In this document: piece after piece, positions 55,646 through 63,225 of the stretch
How the letters are laid out: each line of letters begins with the position of its first letter
Numbering within the stretch: the first letter of the stretch is position 1
Source of the DNA: a virus
Lineage: Duplodnaviria; Caudoviricetes
Virus record (IMG/VR): IMGVR_UViG_3300021375_000006
Reading direction: 5' to 3' (one strand)
DNA: 64,000 bases
Notes under the pieces: model-generated
Databases searched by the model: none
Told to the model about the DNA's origin: nothing
Seen by the model: only the letters and a program-made list of their open reading frames with translations
Position numbers and translations under genes: made by a program

Positions 55646-56377
55646 TTATTGACAAATTGGCATACCAGACATCTTTAAGATGACATTTGCTGTAGCCTTA
55701 ATATCTTTTTCGCAATAAGTTTTAATCTCTTCATGTCTATCATTCCAGTAATATTCTGAAACTTCTGACCCTGACATTGCGTCTTTTGGTGAGGGAATAC
55801 CTAGGACTTCTGAGATGAGACCTAGTTTAGCTGAGTCCCAACCTCCGAATTGCCAAGTCTCTTTAGTATCGAGTAGACAGTTCTCCCAAGGTTTTTGTTT
55901 GTGTAAGTGAAAGTGTTTAGGAACAGAGACTCCATTTATTAGAGACCTCTTAATAATATATGGCATATCGAAACCTTTGATAAAGTGGCCAACCCACTTC
56001 ATCGCTGGGTACTTCTGCATGATCTTAGAGCTCATATCCTGAAAATCCTTTAGTATCTTATGTTCATCGGTACCGCTAAATGAGACAGCCTTAAAACCAT
56101 TAGGAAAGCCTGTTTCATCAAATTGAATCTGGCCAACTGAGATACAAACAATTCTACCCCACTCTGGATTTAGTCCAGCCATTCTAGGCCACATCTTATG
56201 TGGATCTGAGTAGTCTGCTAATTCAACTGGATTCTTTTGTACCAGTTGCATGGTCTTTAAATCCCAGTATTGTTCTAACTCTGGGTTCTCGTCAATTACT
56301 TCTTGAAACGTCTCTTTCTGAGTTGCTGTTTCAATGTCGATGAAAATCATCTGCTTTAATTCGTCTAATGTGTACAT
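55646..56377 (-). CDS. DEDDy 3'-5' exonuclease (PolB-exo-like standalone)
   Basis: FIDIET, GHFIKGFDMPYI, YCEKDI. Confidence 0.85.
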   Translation of the reverse strand: MYTLDELKQMIFIDIETATQKETFQEVIDENPELEQYWDLKTMQLVQKNPVELADYSDPHKMWPRMAGLNPEWGRIVCISVGQIQFDETGFPNGFKAVSFSGTDEHKILKDFQDMSSKIMQKYPAMKWVGHFIKGFDMPYIIKRSLINGVSVPKHFHLHKQKPWENCLLDTKETWQFGGWDSAKLGLISEVLGIPSPKDAMSGSEVSEYYWNDRHEEIKTYCEKDIKATANVILKMSGMPICQ

Positions 56378-56400
56378 ATCTTTAATTTCCTTTAAATACT

Positions 56401-56428
56401 AAAAAACATCTAGCGTTAACTAGATGTT
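56401..56428 (-). terminator. Rho-independent terminator
   Basis: AACATCTAG/CTAGATGTT stem, 6-nt loop, T-run. Confidence 0.65.
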
Positions 56429-56430
56429 CT

Positions 56431-56457
56431 TTATACGTTCGAAGTCTTATTTGTTTC
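56431..56457 (-). promoter_or_regulatory. GAAAC-N17-TATAA promoter motif (exonuclease)
   Basis: 17-nt spacer. Confidence 0.65.
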
Positions 56458-56551
56458 TTAAGAACTTCCAGATTAGTCCTATTAAACTATCAGCTTTAAA
56501 TTTCTTGCCCTTGTAGTTTAATAAGTAATCTTTTCTTTCATTGTTTTCCAT
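56447..56551 (-). CDS. Small protein (34 aa, MENNERKDYLLNYKGKKF...)
   Basis: Hand-translated; fills the gap, A-rich leader. Confidence 0.5.
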   Translation of the reverse strand: MENNERKDYLLNYKGKKFKADSLIGLIWKFLRNK

Positions 56552-56561
56552 AATTGTTGTT

Positions 56562-56801
56562 TTAAGTCATCCAACCGCCAGATTCTTCCCAGTCTTTATG
56601 AGAAGATAGCATTGAATATGCCTCAAAAGAAAGTGTTACTTCAACATAACCCCCGGTTATAGATTGGGGACACTTAGACTCGCTTAGGTACCAGTTAGGT
56701 GCATCTTTAATCCTACCATTCAAAAAATCAAATAGTGGATCTATGTGCATGTGGTGTACCCATATATTGATATGCATACATGTCATGTTTGCTTTACCCA
56801 T
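56562..56801 (-). CDS. Hypothetical protein (79 aa)
   Basis: ORF track. Confidence 0.55.
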   Translation of the reverse strand: MGKANMTCMHINIWVHHMHIDPLFDFLNGRIKDAPNWYLSESKCPQSITGGYVEVTLSFEAYSMLSSHKDWEESGGWMT

Positions 56802-57726
56802 TTTCTACGCTAAATCTTTTTTTGTCAAAGTTAATTGTACTTTTAATATCTTTCTTTTGGTACATATCTATCTGTTCGATTTCAGATGATTGTAATTTTT
56901 TACCGTAATGCTCTTGATAGACTTTTTTATAGATAAGTGCCATAACACCATAGAGAGGAGCAAACTCTGAAGACATTTCCACTACCCATGGTTTCCCATC
57001 TGTATCAACCATTAGGTCTATTGAGTATATGTCTAAACCTTCATGTGCCTTATTCATTTCCTGAAATACTTCATTCCATTCCTTTGGCATTTTACTAAGA
57101 TCTTTTAACACATACTTAAAGAATAGCTTGTCTTCTTTTTTCTTTGTCATCTCTTTGGTCTCCTTGTTACCATGTACTCTTTGTACCCACATAACAGGTT
57201 CACCTCTCCACATCATTATTCTGTGTTCTTCATCGATGTCTATCTTCTCGCTGAAGACTTCAAAGTCAGAAAGGTCCATATCATTAGCTTTTCTAAGGGT
57301 ATCTATTTTAATAATACCTTGGCCCGAATATCTGTTATCGGGTTTCGCTATGATAGGGAACTTTAACTGATCTAAATCTTTTGCATCTGAAACTGTCTTT
57401 GGCACATGTTTAGAATCTTTGTGAGTCTCATGCCATTTTACTTTCGATGCGATTTCCATCTTCTTCTCCTTAGGATTATAGATTAGGTCTTTAGGAGTAC
57501 CCGCATCTAATAGTCTTTTAGTGTGGATATTACAAAAGTTAATCACAGGCATATCAGACTTAAATGGCTGATCGCCCTTCGTAAAGAGTTGCATAAAATT
57601 TCTAGTGTGTGCAGATTTATCTGTTACATACTTAAAGTCTGTAAGCTCTGTAGATACACACATAACAACTTTGTGCAGTTCTCCATTTTTCTCGTTAAGA
57701 AATGTTTGGAAATCTTTAATTTTCAT
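56794..57726 (-). CDS. ATP-grasp ligase (RimK-like) with head-targeting-type leader
   Basis: FPIIAKP...SGQGI, EKID...EHRI, SIDLM...VVEMSS; N-terminal MKIKDFQTFLNE; late motif upstream. Confidence 0.75.
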   Translation of the reverse strand: MKIKDFQTFLNEKNGELHKVVMCVSTELTDFKYVTDKSAHTRNFMQLFTKGDQPFKSDMPVINFCNIHTKRLLDAGTPKDLIYNPKEKKMEIASKVKWHETHKDSKHVPKTVSDAKDLDQLKFPIIAKPDNRYSGQGIIKIDTLRKANDMDLSDFEVFSEKIDIDEEHRIMMWRGEPVMWVQRVHGNKETKEMTKKKEDKLFFKYVLKDLSKMPKEWNEVFQEMNKAHEGLDIYSIDLMVDTDGKPWVVEMSSEFAPLYGVMALIYKKVYQEHYGKKLQSSEIEQIDMYQKKDIKSTINFDKKRFSVENG

Positions 57727-57729
57727 AGA

Positions 57730-57738
57730 TTATATATC
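57730..57738 (-). promoter_or_regulatory. Late-type motif GATATATAA
   Basis: 3 nt before the ATP-grasp ATG. Confidence 0.55.
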
Positions 57739-57745
57739 TATGATT

Positions 57746-58174
57746 TTAAGACGGGAATACTTCAATCGTTCTTTCTTCTCTAACTAAATCTGCCCACTTG
57801 CCTTCGTATCTTGTACCTTTGACAATATGGTTATCAACCCAGTGATAGTTACCACCTCTTGGTTTACCCATTAGTAGACCATGGTATTTGAATCCATGTT
57901 TGTTTAACCAAGCTTCTGTAATATCTCTTACATCTTCAGTTCTTGAAGTAAAGAAAGTAATTACATGGCCTTCGTCAAACCATTTATTTAAAGTTTCTTT
58001 TGCACCTGCATAGGGTAAGACTACTGACATTCTCTCTGGCTCTTCGTTTGGTACATCATCTGTAATTGTGCCGTCAATGTCAATTAGATAGTTCTTACAC
58101 CCATCGTTTAAAACAGGAGAGACTAGGTGTCCGTCATCTCCTATTGTTTCGTTAAATTTAATTTCTCTTTTCAT
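57746..58174 (-). CDS. HAD-superfamily phosphatase (Bacteroidota so-called phosphoheptose isomerase type)
   Basis: LIDIDGTI, FFTSR, LLMGKPRGG...WVDN. Confidence 0.75.
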   Translation of the reverse strand: MKREIKFNETIGDDGHLVSPVLNDGCKNYLIDIDGTITDDVPNEEPERMSVVLPYAGAKETLNKWFDEGHVITFFTSRTEDVRDITEAWLNKHGFKYHGLLMGKPRGGNYHWVDNHIVKGTRYEGKWADLVREERTIEVFPS

Positions 58175-58187
58175 ACTTTATTGTAAA

Positions 58188-59615
58188 TTAAGGTTCTTCG
58201 TGGTTTCTAATAAATGATACAATAATATATCTCTTACCACCTGTAATTGGCCTCGCGCCATGTCTATGTGTAATCATTCCAGGGTGAAGTACTGCTGTAC
58301 CTATTTGCTCTGGATTGGATAATTTTTGATACTGAGGGAACCAAGTTCCACCGCCACTAAATTCATCATTTAATTTAATAACCATCGTTAGGTGGCTTCT
58401 ATCATGGTGTAGAGATAGGTGTGATTGTCTAGTCGTTGTATACCTAGCCATGAAGTTTTCATTTGAGAATGCGTCCCATTGTTTACCTTCTAGGTTCCAT
58501 TGGTGAATTGCAAGAGGCCTAACTACTTCATGTAATACTTTATTGTAAATTTCATCTAGGCCAATATCTTGTAGTAAGACATCATTAGTTGGATAGTGTT
58601 CGTGTCTGTCAATAGTCCACTTATCTTTAGCCTCTGCTAGAGCAATTGCTTCTCTACAGAATCTAGGAGTAAATAACGGGAATTCATATACGTTATCTCC
58701 TCTATCTGAAACCATTAAGTCATACTCTCCCTTTGATACTGATAGATTAATATACTTCTCTTTCCATTCATCCCAATTAGATATATCTAATATTTCAAAA
58801 TACTCTGATGTATCAATATCAAATTCTGGTCTTACATATTCTGTTTGAGTTTGTTCAGGTTCCTGGTTAATTATTTCACGTTGGTTTGGACTACCCACTT
58901 CTGGTTCTATTGTAGAACCTCCAAGTTTACCACCTCTATTCTGTACTATAAAATTTGGATCGCGTGTTGCTAATATAGTTAATGATTTTGGAAATAGTTC
59001 TTGAATATCATGTCTTCTATGCGGATAACCTAGTGCACTTAAATACTCATCTACAGGAATCACGTTTTCTTTTAATCCACCTGATAATAATAGTTTTGCT
59101 ACATTAGGGTTTTTAATAATATATGCATGTGCATTATACCAGTGTCTAGGATAAAGCCAAGTTTCATTAATAACCTCTTCTTCAACTTCTTTTTCAATTA
59201 TATCTCTACCTAATAAGGCAACATCCCAATTAGTATCTACTGGAGGCTCTGCCAACATTGACATTGAATTACCTTCATTAAAGAAATCTTCTTCTAATAT
59301 TAGTATTGGACCTAGCCCATCGAATACTGCAGCTTCCCATACTTTTCTATGTGAAATTGCACAACCAACCTCTCCTGGTAAAACAGACCTTCTCCACCAA
59401 TCATTCCAAGAATAAGGTGACTCAGGGCCCACATCCCATTTATCATAAACGGTATAACCCTCTTTTATATCACCTTCTCTACCATCAAATGCAGAAATAA
59501 TTTCATACGGGGTATTTTCATAAAACGCACATGATTGTAACTTTTCTTCTATTGTTTGCTGAAGACTCTCTCTATTTGAGTCTAAAGCTATAACATAAAT
59601 TTTATTAATTCTCAT
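58188..59615 (-). CDS. GT25 glycosyltransferase fused to PLOD-type 2OG-Fe(II) lysyl-hydroxylase-like domain
   Basis: GEVGCAISH, LILEED, IPVDEYL; NFMARY...HHD...GGGTWF...HPG.ITH.H...RYIIVSF. Confidence 0.85.
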   Translation of the reverse strand: MRINKIYVIALDSNRESLQQTIEEKLQSCAFYENTPYEIISAFDGREGDIKEGYTVYDKWDVGPESPYSWNDWWRRSVLPGEVGCAISHRKVWEAAVFDGLGPILILEEDFFNEGNSMSMLAEPPVDTNWDVALLGRDIIEKEVEEEVINETWLYPRHWYNAHAYIIKNPNVAKLLLSGGLKENVIPVDEYLSALGYPHRRHDIQELFPKSLTILATRDPNFIVQNRGGKLGGSTIEPEVGSPNQREIINQEPEQTQTEYVRPEFDIDTSEYFEILDISNWDEWKEKYINLSVSKGEYDLMVSDRGDNVYEFPLFTPRFCREAIALAEAKDKWTIDRHEHYPTNDVLLQDIGLDEIYNKVLHEVVRPLAIHQWNLEGKQWDAFSNENFMARYTTTRQSHLSLHHDRSHLTMVIKLNDEFSGGGTWFPQYQKLSNPEQIGTAVLHPGMITHRHGARPITGGKRYIIVSFIRNHEEP

Positions 59616-59636
59616 TATTAGTTATGAATTTTTATA

Positions 59637-59663
59637 TTATACTAAAGTAACGCGAAAAGTTTC
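59637..59663 (-). promoter_or_regulatory. GAAAC-N17-TATAA promoter motif (GT25-hydroxylase)
   Basis: 17-nt spacer. Confidence 0.65.
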
Positions 59664-61198
59664 TCGTCCTCTAATAAGCTGTTATTATTTTTTTTAATAT
59701 AGTATTGATCTACCTCTGTTAAGATACCCATAATATTTTTATAGTCTTCAGATGCTAACATTTCTTCTTTCGAATTAAAGTGTTTAATACCATCAAGATC
59801 AAAATATTTTAAATCACCATTTTCGTCTATTGCACAATTATATACATTTACTATATCAGTTAAAAGTATATTATGTTCTAGGGCTGCTTTAAAATGTTTT
59901 AAAATCTGTGGGTAAACTCCAATATCTACTGGCCACTTCCAGTCTTCCCAATCTGGATATATGTTATATTTAGCACAAAGAACTTGATCTGCTTCATACC
60001 TCTCTTGGACAGCAAATAATACACCCTTGTAGATTCCAACGTCATATAATTTAGGTACTATTCCTAAATCATATAATATTGAGTTTGTTTTTTTAATAAC
60101 TAATAATTGCTTCATAGATGAAACAGGTGATGAAGCCCCAAAAGAAAATGGGTCAAGCGTTGCTTTACATGGGTAAATAAATTTTAGTAGATAATCATCA
60201 TAATAAAAAACTTTATGATAATATCTAAAATCACCGTAATTATCAAAGTGTCCACGGTATCTGTACCTGTCTTGGATTAATTTTTTAGTATTGATATTAT
60301 CTGTATTGACCTTTATATCACATTCATTTACCTCAGCAATTACCTTTCCTGTTTCAGCCCACCAGTCTTTATATTCTAGCTTAAATTTATCTCTCTCAGG
60401 TTTGTGATATTTGTTTATTTGAACATCGTTTAAATAGCAATCAATACCTAACCCTACATCTTGCATGTATTTCTTTTGAATCTTATTACCAAGCTTAGCA
60501 TCTATAGTATCAACCCAAGTACCTACCTGTCCAATCCTAAAATCATGAGTTGTATATTTAACATCTGTATTAGACTCGTTAGGTAGTCTTACATCAACAG
60601 GTTTACTAATAGTATGTCCTAAGAATTTTGCTATCTTGTTTACAGAAGAATCATACTCATTTATTATCTCTTCAAATGAAATGATTTCCATATCAAGATC
60701 AAGAAGTTCTTTGCTCATATAAACAGAAAACCAGTTCTTGTAATAATCTATTAATAGATCTAAAAAGTTATCATGTTTTTTATCTGAAGACTTATATCCA
60801 TCAAAATCAAAGTTTTCATAAAAGTCAGAGAAAGAAGTATATTTATTTTTAATATGGGGCCTATGATAACATGAAGTCATTATATCTCTAACATCTCTAT
60901 AGATTAAGATTATTTTTGACTCAGAAAATATTTTTTGTAGTTTTTCTTCGTCACCTAAATCTACAGAATGGTTGTGTTTGTAAAAATTTCTATAGTTATG
61001 AGAATGCGTCCATGTTACTTTATTACCTTCATTCATCCACCCATATAAACCGTTAAGTCCTGGCCATTCAAACTTAGTATAATCAAGATAATTTTTATCG
61101 ATACTTTCATATCCAAAATTATTTACTATTAGATCTACTAATAAGTGAGTACCTCCTCTTCTTGCAGAAACTACTATAACATTCTTTTTAGAATCCAT
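59642..61198 (-). CDS. Sulfotransferase fused to protein-kinase-like (sugar kinase) domain
   Basis: ARRGGTHLL (5'-PSB), YRDVRDIMTS (3'-PB), FRIGQVGTW; C-terminal LLKF...VPKLYD...TDIVNVYN...YFDLD. Confidence 0.7.
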   Translation of the reverse strand: MDSKKNVIVVSARRGGTHLLVDLIVNNFGYESIDKNYLDYTKFEWPGLNGLYGWMNEGNKVTWTHSHNYRNFYKHNHSVDLGDEEKLQKIFSESKIILIYRDVRDIMTSCYHRPHIKNKYTSFSDFYENFDFDGYKSSDKKHDNFLDLLIDYYKNWFSVYMSKELLDLDMEIISFEEIINEYDSSVNKIAKFLGHTISKPVDVRLPNESNTDVKYTTHDFRIGQVGTWVDTIDAKLGNKIQKKYMQDVGLGIDCYLNDVQINKYHKPERDKFKLEYKDWWAETGKVIAEVNECDIKVNTDNINTKKLIQDRYRYRGHFDNYGDFRYYHKVFYYDDYLLKFIYPCKATLDPFSFGASSPVSSMKQLLVIKKTNSILYDLGIVPKLYDVGIYKGVLFAVQERYEADQVLCAKYNIYPDWEDWKWPVDIGVYPQILKHFKAALEHNILLTDIVNVYNCAIDENGDLKYFDLDGIKHFNSKEEMLASEDYKNIMGILTEVDQYYIKKNNNSLLEDEKLFALL

Positions 61199-63224
61199 CT
61201 ATGCCATCAGTTCTAGGGTTATCTTCTGTGATGCCGTTTCTTTCGAGCATCTTTTTATAGTCATCATTTATATTTCTGTCAAGAGTATTATATTGAGTAT
61301 GCCAGTGGTATTTTAACCATTGGAACCCACCATAATCATATTTCCACGTATCATAAAATGGTTTATATTGTTCATAGTGTGCCCTTAAAACTTCTTCACT
61401 AAAGAATGTGTGGAAATTACCCACATTTTTATGAATAGACCATTTATATTTTCTAGAATCATCTATACCAAGTGGTTCTAACTCTAAAAACTCAGAAACT
61501 TCACTTAAAAATTTACCTTGGTTCCAAAGTACATCTTCATATCTTAATACAATACAGTTATCTCCAAATTGTTTTGTATATGATTCTATTAATTCTGTTT
61601 GTTTATCTGCAATTTCATTCATGAATTCTACAACTCTAATATCGTCTGGATTATTTGTGTAGTCTTTTGAATATATGTGAAGTCCATTATCAAAATTTAA
61701 AATGTTCATAGCAACTTCTCTAGGGTCAGATATAACTAAAAATACTTTAGTTTTATTTACATCAATAAACTCATCAATAACTTTATCTTCTAATGGAACA
61801 TGGCTCTTAGACCATTTCGTTAGGTCAACTGTTTCCGGAAAGTTTTCTCTAATTAACTCTTTAGATAATTCTGAACCAACCATCCTCCAGCCTACTAAAA
61901 GATATTCATTATTTTCATTAGGTTTCCTAAGCCATGTATCAGGTCCATTTCGCCATATACCAGGTCTTTCTTCTTTCCAATCTCCCTGTAAACCCATTGA
62001 ATTTGTTACAGGCCTTACAGTCTTTTCTAATAACTTATTTTTTATTTTAAAATATTGTTCTGCATTATTTGTTATATGTGAATGCCATGCTTCTCCTGCT
62101 ACATCCCATGTAAAATACCCTGCGGAATGTTCAGCATTACGTAATGCTTTATTTTTTAATTCTGTATCTATATCTAATAAAATCTTAGCGGCAAGATCAA
62201 ACATCGTATCATAATCACTAAATGGCATAATTACCCCATCTTTAACAACTGATGGTAAAGCCGCTTTATCTGAAACTATACATAAGACCCCATTCATTTG
62301 CATTTCCAATGCGGTTATACAAAATGTTTCTTCATAATCAGAAAGATATAACCAATATGTAGCTTTTTGAGCAGCAGAATATAGTTCTTGTTTAGAAACA
62401 GATCCCATATCTGTGACTCCCTGATCCTTTAAATCATTTAATTTATCTACTACACCATCTATATTATACCAACTTTCCTGTCCAGTTTCATTTGGATCAG
62501 AATATTTTGGATAATAAACATCTAAGGTTGCATTAGGCATTACCTTTTTAATTTTATACCAATTATCTAATAAAGCTACTAAACCTCTATCTACAGCAGA
62601 TGCCCATATAAATTTATTTGGATCTTTAATAGTAGGTGCATTGTAGAAATCTTCTTTATTAATTCCATTAGGAATGGACATAAGTCCACCTCGCCATGTT
62701 GAATTATCTAGTCTAGCTGCATTTGCAATTTGGTTAGTAATTAAATTAGGATATTTATTTTGAATTATATTTTCTACAACATGGTTAGATGCCCACTCTG
62801 ATGGAGTTGTAATACATTGTATTTCGGTTAAATGTTTAAACTCTTCAAGACCTTCTATTGGTCTACCTTTATACCATGGTTCATATTCAGTATTGTGCAT
62901 CCAAATCCATTTATATTTTGGATTTAGATCAGCATCTTCTAAGTAATTTAAAAAGTTTATATAGTTTACACCTATTACTATATCAAAGTAATCACTAGGT
63001 CTATGTAAAAAATTAAATTCAAATTCACCTAGGCCATGCCAAGTAACTCCATCAATCTTTTCACCATGTGAACTTTCAACCTCTCCGGCTACATGTACTT
63101 CATGGCCAAAATTTGATAATCGTTTACTTATCTCTATTACTGCTGTTTCTGTTCCGCCTAAACCGGTAGTTGTATTACCGTTAAATGTTTCAAATCGGTA
63201 ACCTGTCCAAAATAGTATTCTCAT
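61188..63224 (-). CDS. GT4 (GT-B) glycosyltransferase fused to sulfotransferase-like domain (start revised to MRILFW)
   Basis: GLGGTE...GHEVHV, WASAVDRGL, EETFCITALE; C-terminal GWRMVGSEL, ISDPREV, LRYEDV, VGNF. Confidence 0.75.
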   Translation of the reverse strand: MRILFWTGYRFETFNGNTTTGLGGTETAVIEISKRLSNFGHEVHVAGEVESSHGEKIDGVTWHGLGEFEFNFLHRPSDYFDIVIGVNYINFLNYLEDADLNPKYKWIWMHNTEYEPWYKGRPIEGLEEFKHLTEIQCITTPSEWASNHVVENIIQNKYPNLITNQIANAARLDNSTWRGGLMSIPNGINKEDFYNAPTIKDPNKFIWASAVDRGLVALLDNWYKIKKVMPNATLDVYYPKYSDPNETGQESWYNIDGVVDKLNDLKDQGVTDMGSVSKQELYSAAQKATYWLYLSDYEETFCITALEMQMNGVLCIVSDKAALPSVVKDGVIMPFSDYDTMFDLAAKILLDIDTELKNKALRNAEHSAGYFTWDVAGEAWHSHITNNAEQYFKIKNKLLEKTVRPVTNSMGLQGDWKEERPGIWRNGPDTWLRKPNENNEYLLVGWRMVGSELSKELIRENFPETVDLTKWSKSHVPLEDKVIDEFIDVNKTKVFLVISDPREVAMNILNFDNGLHIYSKDYTNNPDDIRVVEFMNEIADKQTELIESYTKQFGDNCIVLRYEDVLWNQGKFLSEVSEFLELEPLGIDDSRKYKWSIHKNVGNFHTFFSEEVLRAHYEQYKPFYDTWKYDYGGFQWLKYHWHTQYNTLDRNINDDYKKMLERNGITEDNPRTDGIDGF

Positions 63225-63225
63225 A

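Noticed and set aside
58188-59615. Oxygenase plus glycosyltransferase as a TET/JBP-type DNA hypermodification system
   Set aside because: The motifs match PLOD/COLGALT protein-modifying enzymes, not TET/JBP or DNA glucosyltransferases. DNA modification is not excluded but is unsupported here.
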